From contig NGBS01000903.1 of NCBI GenBank assembly GCA_002245135.1, forward strand, positions 1-62,474: a stretch of 62,474 bases of DNA, given 5' to 3'. Under the pieces are notes generated by a model, which was not told where the DNA came from, ran no database searches, and worked only from the letters and a program-made list of their open reading frames with translations. The position numbers and the translations under genes are program-made. Source of the DNA: Proteromonas lacertae (taxonomy: Eukaryota). Shown here piece after piece: positions 11,103 through 25,448 of the stretch (within the stretch, counting starts at the first letter, position 1; each line of letters begins with the position of its first letter).

Positions 11103-14100
11103 ATGTTAAATACTAATGCGCTTCGTGTAGCTTCTGGTGTCTTACCAGCTAGTACTCCAATAGAAATTCAAAAAGAAAGAAGTAAATACGCTAATTTATA
11201 TGTATTTTTGTTTGTTTATAGATCCATAGATAAAAGCAACCAATAAAAGTACCAAAAAATCTAACAAAAAGTCTTCTGCATATTTAAATCCAGAAAGTGG
11301 TATAGAATTCAATGTTGACATAACTCATTATTCATCTCAGACACCCATACTTCCTCCATTATCACCAAGAGATAATGGATTAGTTCCAGATATTTTAACA
11401 GAAAGAACAAGACGAAGTTGTGATTATGATACTTTACTCCCTAAACCACCCAATTCAGCAAGACCTACTTTAGGTGGACGTGTTAAAAAAGATCCCTTTA
11501 TATTAGGAGCTCATACAGGAATACCACAATGGAGAAAAAACATAAAACCTGATAAAGATAAGAATGAAGAACCTCCAATGAGATTAGGTGAAGGAGATAC
11601 AGTAAGAGAAGTAAGTCCAATAAGATATAAAAGGAAAAAAAGAAAGAGAAATAATAATGATAATGACAGTGATACAAATAGTGAAAATGAAGAAGAAGAA
11701 GAAAAAGAAAAAATGAATGATAATAATATGATAAAGACAGTATTCTATACAAAATCAATGACAATTCCTCCACCTAAACCTCCTAGAAGTCCACGAATGA
11801 TGGTAAAACCTGAAGATAATAATGTAGATAATAAAAACAAAAGAATAAAACAAGAAGAACAATCACAACAACAGTCGAAAGAACAAACTAAACAATCACA
11901 AATACCAAATCAATTGGAACAACAATCAAAACAATCATCACCACAGCAACAGTCCAGAAAACAATCGAAACAATCACAACAATTTTATTCACCATCTCCA
12001 TCTCCATCAATACCAACATCTAGAAATCAATCTCCTACTATTAATAATAATATTCCAATATTATCAACAACTCCAATTAGGCCTACATCATCAGCATCAC
12101 CAGATAATACATCAATACAACAACAACAACAACAACAACAAACTAATGCACAACAAAAACAACAACATCAAATTCGACAATTACCATCTCATACTCCTTA
12201 TTCATTATCATCATCAACTTCACCATCTCCACCATTAATACCTCCAAATAATAACAATATTCAACAACAACAACAACAACAACAACAAATACCATATCAA
12301 CCTCAAATATACATCGGATCAAAACACAATAATACAATGTATTACAATGGTGATGTACATTTACAGAATAAATCAATAATGAATGATTATTTAAACTATA
12401 ATAATGATCACATTCATCCTAATAATATTCCTCCATTATCTGTAAATATTGATAATAATTATTCACTACCTTCAATCAGTGAAAGTGTATTAAATCCACC
12501 GAATAAAATTATATTAAAAAAGACATTACCCAATAATAATGGATTGTTAGTTGATAATAATAGCATGTATGTTAATTCAAGATTATTACAACCTTATGAT
12601 TATGAGTATGATGATGATGATAATGAGAATAATGATGAAGAAAGTGATTATGAAGGTGAAAAATTATATGATAATGATAATGATAATGAAGAAATACAAA
12701 GAATACAACAACAAAAGAGACTTAGACGAAAGAATAATAATAATAATAATGTAGGAAATGAGAATAGTATAAATGATAATACATTAGAAAGACAATTATT
12801 AAATGAATATAATAATAATAATCATAATAATAACATATCACCTATTGATTCTTCAGTATTAATAGATAATCGTAGTGATAATGAAGAAGAAGAAGAAGAA
12901 GAAAATTATGAAGATGAAAGTGATAATGATGAAACAGTAAATGAATATGAACAAAAACTATTGGCTAATTTTGATCCAGATAAATATGTAATAGATGATG
13001 ATGATTATATGTTAATGCATAGAGGATTACAAGATACTTATTATGATGGATTTAATAATGATTTATATAACACTTATAATAATAATGACATTGAAAGTGA
13101 AAGAGAGAATTTATCTGATACATTCTTTCATGGAAGGAATTATAAGTCGCCAACTCCTGAGGAGAATATATTTTTAGAAAATACTGTGTATAATACACCC
13201 TTTCAAAGTAAATCATTGAATTGTGCAGTAAATGACGATAAATTGAACAAAGAAGCTGAAAATGTGATGAAAGAATATATAAAAAAGAATAAAAAAGATG
13301 ATTCAAATTTCCCAACTACAACTTATTCAATTAAACAACAAAGAATGAATATACAAAACATAAAACAACGTAAAAATAGAGTAGAACAATTAGCCAATGA
13401 AATGTTGCAATTTCAATTGTCGGATCAAACATTCTTCTCCAATGAAAGTGCTCAGATTTTATTTGACAGTCCTCAACGTAATTCCATTTCATTTAGTCAA
13501 CCACCATCAAGAAGTCATAGTCCAAAATATGATAATTATAATGAAAATAATGAAAGTATATCAAAAGTAGAAGAATATTTCAATAAAAGAGTTTCAACAA
13601 TGAAAGAGAATAGAGAAAGTACAATCTCTGTATTAAGTACTAATACAACAAGTTCTAATTATACTAATAATAATAACAATAATACTCGAATTATATCAAG
13701 CCCAAGAACATCTCCTTCAAATACTACGAACAATAGAAACAAATTCCTTACTGCTTCAGATAATAAACTACCAACATGGTCACAAGTTAGAAGAGGAAGT
13801 ACTTTGTATGGTAATAGATCTCCTCGTAGTAATACAAGTGACAGTGATAACAATACATTGCCAAGTATAATGGAGAAACCAATGACAGCTCCACCTAACA
13901 AGAAGAAAAATTAACAGTTGAAGAATTACATAGAATGAGAATGAATAATAGAATCCAAGATTTGCAGGAAAGAATATATGAAGAAGATATGCAAAGACAA
14001 ATTGAACAGCAAGAGAAAGAAGAGAAAACAGTTACAACTGAACATATTAATATTCGATATATGAGTGGTTATGAAAGAGTAGATACTGATATTAAAAGAA

Positions 14101-17100
14101 AAGTGAGAGAATTAAAGAGTATGAGAGTAAGGAAGAGAAAGCCACAAATACCAAAACATCAATTTAAGAAACATAAGAAAGAAGTAAATGAACATTTAAA
14201 TGATAAAGTAGAGAAAGTAGAAGAAGTTGAATATGTAGCACCACTACCAGATGTTGTAGAAGATTTACAACCAAATGCAGATTATTTAAAACGGACAAGT
14301 ATGAAGATAAATCCATTGTTTAAAAAGATTAATTTAGATGATTTTGATTCTCCAAGACGAGGTGCTAGAATGAGTGTTTATAGACGACATTCAATGATTA
14401 AAGCAGTAAAAGATGTATCATTTGTAAGGAGAGCATCATCGTTAAATGTTGGTAAAAGAAATAGTGTTTTAGATATGAATTATATTAACCAATTAGAAAA
14501 TATGGCATTAGTAAATGAAGGTAAGAATGTATTGGATAATTTATTTGGTGATGGTGAAGAAGAAAGATATAAGAATCTACCAGATATATTGTACAGAGGT
14601 GGTGCACATTGTGAATATTTAGTGGAGAATCTTATTACATGGATTAATCCACCAGATGTTGTTCAAGAAATCATTCAAGCCAAGCATTACAAAATGGCAA
14701 TGAAGAATTATACTGTAGCAATATTAAATCACAATATTCAACAGCAGTTAATATGGTCAACAGCATTACAAGGATATAGATATGATAAAGACTGGGAAGG
14801 TTATTTATTAAGAGGACAAACTTATTTGAAAAGTGGACATTTTGAACAAGCTTTGCTTGACATGTGTTTAAGTTTGCAATGTACAAATGATGATAGTAAA
14901 ATGAAAGCAATTTCATTTGTGTGGAGATCTAAAGTATTAGAAGCAATGGGATATGATCAAATGGCTTTAGAAGATGCAGTTGAAGCAATAAAACTAGATG
15001 ATAGAAGTGCAGTAACAAATCTAAGATATGCAGAATTATCATTTGAAAGAGAAGACACAATGAATTACCAGAGATATATGAAATATGCAGTATATCATGA
15101 CTTAACAGATAATTCAATAATGTCAAGAGCAAAATTAAAAGAAAAAACTGAAAAAGGTAGTGGTATTGGTGATTTTAGAACTATTGTTGAAAGAAATATG
15201 AATAATAGTGAAGCAATAGTTGAATTAGCTAACTGTTTAATTGCAAGAGATGAAATAGAAGATGGTTTAGAAGAATTCAAAGTGTTAGCGAATGTAATCA
15301 GTAGAGAATCAAGTGTTAATTCAAACCATGAAATATTGGCAATCATCTATATAGAAATTGCAAGATTCTATTTATTGTTAGGAAAAGTAGAATTAGCTTA
15401 TAATAATATAAACAAAGGATTAGAATTGAAACAGACTGTAGCTTTAGGTCATTATATAAAAGCATTAATTCATATCACTGATGGACCATATTATTCCCTC
15501 TCCAATGCAGTAACACAATTGAATTATTCTTTGACTTTAAATCCACATTTATGGTATTCATATGAGTTGAGAGGTAAATTATATGATTATAAAGAACAGT
15601 ATGCATTAGCAATTACTGATTTCAGGCAAGCAGTAAGAAGAAGAGCTAATTTATATTGGTGCAGATTAATAAGTGCCAAAATTTTCCTAAAAATTACTAA
15701 GAGTTATGCAACTGTTCATAGTGAATGTGATGAAGCGTTATTTTGGGATCCTTTATCTATTCCTGCAAGAGTAATCAAATCATTAGCATATGAAGGTGTT
15801 GGTTTCTTTAATAATGCATATAGAATATATAGCAGTTTAATTCATCTATATCCAACTAATAAATGGTTTTATTTTGGAATGGCTTATATGTCTTTGAAAA
15901 TGAGAAAAGTATATTATTATTATTATTATTATAAAATAGCCTTATTTAGCTTTGGATTATTATACTACAGCTTCGTTCTTAGATAATGATGTTAATAATA
16001 AAACCAATAATCTGTTATGGAGAGCTCAAGCTTATACATTATTAAGACATTCTAATGAAGCAATAAGTGTATTAAATGAATTGATATTACATGATCCATC
16101 AGTTTATAATTACTGTATGTATTCTATTAATTATTATCGACTTGGAAATACTAAAGAAAGTGATAAAAATATTCAAATGATTAAGAAATTATATATTGTA
16201 AATAGTGATAAATTAGAAGTGAGTGATATATTTATGATTGCTAAAACATACTTAGAATGTGAATATATTGATGATTGTTTAGTAATTGTGAAGAAATTAA
16301 GAGATTTGAAGTGTAATAATGCTGATATTGATAATATTGAAGGATTATGTGAATTGAAAAAAGCAACAGATACTTTTATAGAGTTGAATAAATCCAATAA
16401 AAAACTTTCATTCTTAGAGAATAAAGAAATATTCCAAAAGAGTTTAGACTCTTTTCAATAGAGCAATAGAAAAAGATGAGAAATTTGTAGATCCATATAT
16501 AAATAGAGCAGAGATATATTCCAAACTAAAAACACCCTTTGAAGCTGTTCAAGACTATTTAAAAGTAATAGAATATGATAATGAATGTTTAAGAGCATAT
16601 AATAATATAAGTGCCTGTTTTATCAACCAAAGTCAATGTTGTAAAAGTATTGAGTATTTGAATAAAGTAATTGAATTATCTCCTTCGTTTTGTATTGCCT
16701 ATTATAATCATGGATTAGCTTATCATCGATTGAATAATATAAATGAAGCTATAAGTGATTATAATTTTGTATTAAATAATAGTCCAAAATTTGAATATGC
16801 TTTGAGAAACAGAGGGATTGCTTATTATGAATTGAATGAATTAGATAAATCCAATGAAGATTTTAATCAATTAGCATTATATTATCCAAAACATTCCAGT
16901 AAAATGGCATTTGCATTTTTACAATATAAAATAGCTGATTCTCAACAAAATCCAAAACAACATCTCATTTCTACACTTCAATTATTTGATAAGATTATTG
17001 AAGAATATCATGATGATTCTTATTATACTTATATTGGAGCTGGTAATATCTGTAGCAAGATTGCTGTTATAGATACAGTAGAAATAAAAGAGTATATAGA

Positions 17101-17917
17101 AAAAGGAAAATTCTATTATAATAAAGCAATATTGAAATATCAAGGAGATATATATGGAACTTTAGGAATTTGTCATTTGTTAAATATTGAAGGAAAAGGA
17201 GAAAAGAATAAATTAACAGTGAAACGACTATATGCTAAAACAAAGAATGATGAGATGGCAATAGAATCAACTGTTAATGAAAGTGAGATATATGTAATAC
17301 CTGGAAGAATCAATAATAATCCTGAAATTAAATGTAAATATGAATTATATGAAATACCTGAGTCTTCACTAAAAACAAATAAAATAGATAAAACCTATCA
17401 TTATTTGAATAATAAAGCAGTAATTCAATATTTTAAAGGGAAATTGAAAGATAGTAGAATGTTATTTAAATCAATAATTGATAAAGTGAACAATTATGAT
17501 ATAGGAATATATAATTACAGTACAAGTGTATTGTATTTAGATCCATTTGAAAGTATTAAATATTTATCATTATTAATTGATAAAAATAATTCAAATATCA
17601 GTTATTTATGTAATAGAGGAGTTGCCTATATATTATCTGATCAATATGAGAAAGCTTTGTTGGATTTGTCTCAAGCTATAAAGCTTGATAGTAATAATCC
17701 ATTTTTATATACAAATAGAGCGAGTATTTATACTTATTTAAAACAGTATGATAAAGCTATATTTGATTATAGTAAAGCAATTATGATTTTACCAACCAAT
17801 CCAATTAATTATGTTTTAAGAGGGAAGGTGTTTAATTTAGATGGTAATATACCTGCTGCTATGAGTGATTTTAGTGCAGCATCTTATATTGATAAAGATA
17901 TTGTAATTACTTTGTAA
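11103..17917 (+). CDS. Very large TPR-repeat protein (~2200 aa) with long disordered N-terminus; TTC6-like architecture
   Basis: ATG 11103, intron 11202-11229, open into ORF 11578; homopolymer frameshifts near 13910 and 16455; intron 15909-15939; many TPRs (AYYNHGLAYHRLNNINEAISDY, ALRNRGIAYYEL, LYTNRASIYTYLKQYDKAIFDYSKAI). Confidence 0.8.
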
Positions 17918-17998
17918 TTTTTACTTATTTATGATTTGTTAGAGAATTTGTGTTTAATGTTGAATAATACAATTTAGAAAAAAACTTAATAAATGACA

Positions 17999-19090
17999 TT
18001 ATAAAACTATATTACTCTCTGGGACAAAATAGTTGCAATTGTTCTTTAACTTTGCTCTTCCAGCTGGATATAACCCAGGAATCATTACATATTTCTTATT
18101 ATACCTATTTAAAGCTATATATAAGAATGTACTACCACAACTACCCATGATAAAATCACATAATGAAAGGATATAATTTTCACTTATTGCTTTCATAACA
18201 GAACTGTTATTTGATTGGAAAATTGCTGTACCTACATGACTAATCTTTCCAGGTACTTTGAATTTTATAACATTCTGTTTAAAAACACTCATAAAATCTA
18301 AATAAATTCCTTCATTATCTGATATTACATATATCTTCATATTTTTATGTTTCACTAATAATTTCAGTGTTTTATGAATATATAAATGCCATGTATAATT
18401 GTTAAAAAACCTTTGCTGAGTTCTTATATTTACTCCAAGTATTATATTAGATTTTTTATACTTTAAAAACTTGTTTATATTATTTCTTATAATATTGACA
18501 GGATGAAGAAATTCTTGCTGAACTAACATTCTTAAGTTCCATACTTTATCATGATATTTATAATAAGAATCTACACCATAACAATATAACAAATTTGTCA
18601 GATTTCTTTCACAAATGTCAACAAATGATTCTAATAAGTCATAATACACTGATATAACATATATTTGTCTCTTTTTTACACTCTTTAAATCATTTTCAGT
18701 GAATGCAGATCCACTGAAGTGAACATTTTCTTTTCTATCACATTCATAATCAAATAATATGGAAGGAACATGGAAATAGGTCTTTAAAGATTGCCAGCAA
18801 CTAATATAATAGCTCAAATTCATTCCTAATGCTAGATATGCAGTACTGTAATATCCCATTAATTTATTACCCAATCCTGCATTTATATGAGGTAAATAAA
18901 TAATTGATGGAATAATGTCTCTTTTATCATTTGATTCTAGTACATTTAAGAAAACCGGAAGCTTTTTGTCCTGTTGTTTTATATTTGGGTATTTGTATTT
19001 ACTTCTAGACCTTTTTGAACGAAACAGCAACAATATTATCACTGTTATAGCAATTAATAGAAATACAAGACAATAGTTTGGGTCAATCAT
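17999..19090 (-). CDS. Type II membrane fucosyltransferase-like glycosyltransferase (alpha-1,2/1,6/O-FucT clan)
   Basis: N-terminal TM anchor; GLGNKLMG; motif I-like LGVNIRT; motif II-like IYVISDN; motif III-like ENYILSLCDFIMGSCGSTF; intronless. Confidence 0.75.
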   Translation of the reverse strand: MIDPNYCLVFLLIAITVIILLLFRSKRSRSKYKYPNIKQQDKKLPVFLNVLESNDKRDIIPSIIYLPHINAGLGNKLMGYYSTAYLALGMNLSYYISCWQSLKTYFHVPSILFDYECDRKENVHFSGSAFTENDLKSVKKRQIYVISVYYDLLESFVDICERNLTNLLYCYGVDSYYKYHDKVWNLRMLVQQEFLHPVNIIRNNINKFLKYKKSNIILGVNIRTQQRFFNNYTWHLYIHKTLKLLVKHKNMKIYVISDNEGIYLDFMSVFKQNVIKFKVPGKISHVGTAIFQSNNSSVMKAISENYILSLCDFIMGSCGSTFLYIALNRYNKKYVMIPGLYPAGRAKLKNNCNYFVPESNIVL

Positions 19091-19162
19091 TCAGAAGAAA
19101 AAATATGGTCTCTAAATCAATAAACCACCTGAATAAACATTTTAATATACATAAATAGATAA

Positions 19163-22100
19163 TTAGTATGGATTTATTCTTGATCCACTGTTTAGAGGAC
19201 TGAATGGATTAACTCTCTGCCACATAATTGCTTCACTTAACGATATAGCTGAACTACTATCTTCTAATTCAAATTTTTCATCTCTGATTTTCTTATTTGA
19301 AATGATTGAAATAGGATTTGATTCTATTGAATATCCATAGGGTATATTACTTCCAAAAGTCACACATTCACTATTAAGAGCATAAAAATATAAAAAGAAT
19401 ACTATGCTGATGTTGAATAATCTGGAGTATCAGAAATATATGTATGTATATAATCTTTTAAGTCCTTTACATCTGCATTAGTTAATTTCTTATCATCATC
19501 AATATCTTCTTTTAGTATTTGCAACGCTTCTTTACTACAATGACTAAAATATTGAATCTCTAATTTGTATATATCAAAATGACTCATCTATTGGAGATAT
19601 TAGAGAGAGAGTAACTATACTGGTAATTTACTATTTCTATTATTTGATTCTAATGTCATTGCATTTTTAAACAGATATCGAATTATTGGTGTATACTATT
19701 GATTATAATTTCATTAATAAATATATACATGTCTCCAAACTGCTTTTATTCCTCCAATAAATGAATAATACATCAACAACTCCTTTTTATTCTTCTCATC
19801 AACATTTTTCTAAATAGAAAAAATAAAAATATGAATAATTACATTTAAATAAATGAATGATATTGAATCTAGATTACCTTCTACTTCTGAGAAATTCCAT
19901 TCTGGATTTTCAAAAACTTGTTTAATATACATCAATGCAACAAGTAATGCGTTATTTGTCTCTTTACCAAAAATATAGTTAAACATAGCTCCAAAATACT
20001 ATCAATAACAATTATAACATAATAAATTATATACATCACCATTTGCATGCATCGCATTTGCTTGTTTTTTATATTCAGCCACTGATAAAGCACTTTGAAA
20101 TTTTATTGGTTTTGGATTTGTACAATTGAAATAAAAAGGATACATTTGAATAAAATATGGATCTTCTTCATTCAATTCAGCTATTAACATTTCAACTAAT
20201 CTTACCAATTTCAAACTTTCAAATCTCATAACTAACATTCTTTTAAGATATATTGGAACTTTTATCTAAAAAATGATTTATATGAAATTATACTTTGAAT
20301 GAAAGAAATAGATAAAACGCTAATTCTATTTCATTTCCTCTAATTAATGTGTTTGTTACACCATAAATATCACTATTACTAGCATACCAACAAGCAGCCA
20401 ACAAAGTGTCACCATTAATGAAATAAGAAGCAGATAATTCATTTCTATTATTAGGAAATAAAACAAATAATTATTATATACACCAAACACTCAATACTTG
20501 GAGTTAGAATACTCCATTTGTTAGTTGATGTTTTATTTGGTGTAATTGGTTTTATTAGATTACTAGGAGGTTTGCATTGAGATTTATCACTACTACTTCC
20601 CATTTGATATTTCATTGTTTCACTTATATAACATTCTTCAAAATTGTTTCTATCTTTATAATATTCACTGATTTTTTTATTCTCATTCAGACATTCATAT
20701 ATTAATAAAACATCATCATTCTAGGTAATCAAAAAAATAGAATGAAATATAATATACTCCTTCATCTTCAAGTTTTGATTCATATTTCCTCATTAATTCT
20801 TCCCAATATTCCATTGATACAGATGGAGCTATTGCAATTGCACTTTCATAATCATTGTTTAATATAAGATAATCACAATATCCTTTTATATCACCTAGCA
20901 GACACAAATTACGTTGAACAATTCTTTTCTTTTGTAATAGCAAATGCTCATTTGATTTTAATTGTTTTTGTCTTATCATCAAATCTATTCTTTTTGCACA
21001 AGATTCGCCAAGAAATGCTAAATTAGGCACAACTAAATTAGTTGGCGGAGCTGAATTAAATTGACATGATAACAACAATTCAAATAAATTTGTTAGTCCA
21101 TGTAATGGATAAAAGAATAGAAACACTTTATAAAACATTTCTAAATATGATAAAGGTGGATCAACATGTATTTTTTCATATAATTCAATAATTTTTTCTC
21201 CAGACAATATTGGAACTGCTTTTGCATAACTTGATATAGGAATTCCATGTTGTATATCATAAGCATCTTTTCTTATTCTTTGTTCTGGTTGATCATTTAA
21301 AATATTACTTTTTGCTCTTGCAGCTAAACCTTCTAATAAAAATGATCTTAATACTAAATCCCCACTATTTACAGTGAATAAAAATGGTTGTTCATCATGT
21401 ATTGACATTTCATAAACTGGAAAATGAAATGATATTTCTTTTAAACATTTACTTACCAAGCAATCCCATACTTTAACCCTCTTATCTTCTGAACAGCTGT
21501 ATAATAGATTTGGATATTGTGAACAAAATAATAATCCTGTTACAATCCCTTCATGACCTTTCCAATACCCAATTACACTATTTTATATGAATATAACAAT
21601 TATACTCTTCTTTTAAATTCCATAATGAAATATATCCTGCTGCATCACCAGAAGCACAAAGATTTTGGACTAAATGAGATAAACATATTGAAGTGATTGT
21701 AGATTTATGTTGAAAAACATGTTCACTCGATTTGTTATAACTATTACTATAAGTAATCAATTGGTTTGTTGAATTAGCAAGAATAAATCCACTTTCATAA
21801 ACATTCCAATCAAAAATAAGCAATTTAGATTTAAGAGCAAATGTGACTGAACTTAAATCAGGAGAAAGAATATAATATTGATGATCATCTCCAAATACAC
21901 AACAATTGTAAGGAATCTGATTGCAGAAATTGATATTGATAATCTTCTAACATAAATATAACAGATAATAATGATACAGTTCCTGTTAAATCTTCGATTG
22001 GTATTTTATCAACTATTTTTTCATATTTATAGTCCCATTTCAAGACTTTACCAATTCCTCCTGTATATAACATATCCATAGATGGATGCCAGTCAAATGA

Positions 22101-23378
22101 ATATATTTCTCCATCCAAATACTATTATATAACAATTAATATATTAATACAATGAGTGTATTTTCACATTTATTATTGTCAGTATTCCATATCTTTATAT
22201 ATCCATCACTACTTAATGTTGATAATATATTACACCTCTGTGGGCATGATTTGATTTTAATAATCGGATTTTGGTTTCCTGCTTCTGATTGGAAGAGTAT
22301 ATCTTTACTAATTTCATCATATAATACAATTGATCCATTTGTATAAGCAATCAATAATAAGTGTCTGATACTAGATTTCATTGAATATGTTGTGATTGAT
22401 ACTATACTGCAAGAATCTATAAATGAAAAAAATATAAATAAGATTTATTAATACTAATAGTAAAAGTATTAATTGGTGTTGTTTGTGTTATACTGAATTG
22501 AGAGATAATTCCATTTGTTTTATTAACCATATAAAATGTGCTAGAATCCCAATAAACCCATGATACATATCTCAAATTAGTATTCTACATATTAAATATA
22601 TACATAAATATACCATCTTTTCATATTTACATAATGCACTTGCTTTTTCTGTATTAATATCACAAACATACACAACTCCACTTGAATACTGAATTAATGC
22701 ATATTCTGGAGATAATTTATTCCATTCTAATTGTTCTACAGGTTCTGCTGGTAAATTTGGGAACTTACTAATTACTTTATTCTTTCTGTTGAATAACAAT
22801 ACACCATCTTTTGATCCAATCAACAAATAATTCATCTATAAAACATACTATAGGGTATATTCTTACATATTTAGGATTCCATGATAATATGTTTGGTATT
22901 GTCTTTGTATTAATGTTAGTATATGTATTTTCTTGTGTGTTCCAAAAGATTAAACCGCCATCTTGAGTTATTATTGATATTTCTTCATTTTCGTAATTAT
23001 AACAACAATATATACAAGGAGCAGATAATCTATGAATATTTATATATGTGTGATATTACTTTTTTGAAGCTTGCATTTCATTTTCTTTTATTTTCCATTT
23101 TATTACTGTTGAATCAAGAGAAGAAGTGATAAATTCATCATTGTTATTTGGATTCCAACAAATTGATGTAATAGCATCAGAATGTTCTACAAATATGTTA
23201 TAAAACTGATGAGTTTTCATACTAACCAATTACATATTATCTCTTATACTCGAAAACACAAATCCCATAAGTTGATAGATATGCATAATAATGTTCACAT
23301 ATACCTAAAATATGACTATTTTGCGGTTGGCAACCACTTAGAATGAAATTGTTCTTAAATCAAAGAAACAATTCCCAT
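19163..23378 (-). CDS. WDR17: WD repeat-containing protein 17
   Basis: N-terminal LSGCQP, multiple WD40 exons (SFDWHP, ASGDAAGYISLWN, SCSEDKRVKVWD) and the characteristic C-terminus LEDSSSAISLSEAIMWQRVNPFSPLNSGSRINPY; many short introns. Confidence 0.85.
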
Positions 23379-23459
23379 AACTACTTTAAAAAAGATATAA
23401 CTTGACGCTATATAATATAAAAACATAAAAATATACAACCATAACTTCAAATAACGAAA

Positions 23460-24802
23460 ATGGAACCTTATACAAAAGAATGTTGTACTTCTGAAGTAGT
23501 TAAAGTTGAAGAAGTAGAAGCTCAGTATGAACAAAGGAAGCGTAAATTAAGTGAAATATTAGATTCAGATAATACAGAAATCGATGAAAACAGATTTAGG
23601 TATGCAATGTGTATTTTATTATAATCATAGTTTGGAAGGATTAAATTGTGATAGTTTAACAGATGTGGTGAAGAAGACAATCGATAATGCTTATAATGAG
23701 TATATAAGAATCTGTCATAATATTGATGATAATAATGAGATTCCAACACCTCTTAATATTGCAGAATTTACTGATCCAGATGATTTAGATAAAAGTGTTA
23801 TAGAAGCGGCAGATAGGATAAATCCAATATTAGGCAATATAATATCAAGAATACCCAAGTATATTCTACAATATACTATTTAATGTAATTGAAAATAGGA
23901 TAGAAGATATAGAAAAGGATTATATGAATGCTAAATATGACACAATTGATAATTATTATTCTTCTTTAAATAACAAGAAAAGAACAAGGGTGTTAAAGAA
24001 TCATATAGCTCAATGTGATGAAAATATAATAAGAGATGAATCACAGTCAACACCTGTAGATGAAAATGAAATGATATTTACAGTTGAAATGTATATTCAG
24101 TAATGTATTTATGTAATTAGTTTTCGTCAATTTACTCCTTATCCATTATGTATTTGTAATTTTTTAAGTTCAATGAATTTGTCATCTATCAAAGATATTA
24201 TAGAGTATATATATATTATTATTATTATTATTATTATTAGCATATATTGTCCTCCCAAAATGATTGATAATACAATAGATAGAAGTGGTTTTATTTATAT
24301 CAATAATACATTCTATAATGATACTAGGAAAGTTATGAATATTGATTATTCAAAACCAATATTGAATTGGATCAGAGATATACAAGTGAAAAATGATAAA
24401 ATACCGATTGAGATACATTTTCAAACTGACAGTATGGAGAAAACAACATTCAAATCACTTAAACTTTCATTAGGTGAAAGATATTTATATTATCATAATA
24501 AAAAATGTGAACATGTCATTATATTCACAGATATAAGAAGTTATAATAAAGTATCTGATAAAAAATATGTTGAATCATATCCTGATATAACATTTCTAAG
24601 TTATAATCCATCCACTAAGTCTGGTGAAGATATTTGTAAAATGTGTAATATTTGTGAATATTTACCTGCTAAACATGTTACAGTTGGGGATAAATATAGT
24701 GGAGAATATGTATGTTATTTCTGTGACAGTTGTTTCAAGTCTTTACACTACGATGAAAATGGTGATTTGATTTATGATGATTTTGACTATTATAGTTTGT
24801 AA
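23460..24802 (+). CDS. SNAPC3: snRNA-activating protein complex subunit 3 (SNAP50)
   Basis: SGFIYINNTFYND, DYSKPILNW, YLYYHNKKCEHVIIFTDIR and C-terminal zinc finger CNIC...YFCDSCFKSLHYD; ATG 23460; short introns including 24205-24240. Confidence 0.9.
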
Positions 24803-25448
24803 ATTTATGTATGTTTATATTTTTAAATCTTTTCAATAAATAAAAACAAAAATACAAATAAATAAGAACAATTAACTGTAAATCTCTTCAAACGATATTC
24901 AGCTTACTAAATAAATAAATAACACATCAAATATAATATATATAATGAAATTGAGCTCATATAATACAAATTGAATCAACTGGAGTAAATCCATAATAAT
25001 TAGCATGGCATTGAAATCATAGCTCTTGCAAATATTATATATACATACTTATCTTCTATTACAACTCAATTTTTCGTTTCTTTCTGTTTTCTCTCCTTTA
25101 AAACTATAGAAAAATAAGAATTTTCGAAAATAAATATTATATATCATATTTATGAAGAAATAAGATAGATGTTAATATCTACAATCAACGATTTCTGCTT
25201 GATTCGGCCGAAGACAATCACAAAGAATGAAATCGTTTTGACTACAAGCAAATCATTAGTAAATGAATTATAAGTGGCTAATATATACTTTTACAAATAA
25301 TAATCACAATTTATCAACTATGTCATGTGTTTAACTCAAAAAATGAAAAATCATTTCATTTCAAACCAATCAGCTTGATTTAAAAAATGTGTGGTATAGT
25401 AGTGAAATAAAAATATTCGTTTTTAAAAGCTTGGTTGAGTTTGAAAGA

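Noticed and set aside
24870..25110. Possible small spliced minus-strand gene between SNAPC3 and SRPRA
   Set aside because: Intron-like segments exist, but I could not build a convincing start-to-stop model.
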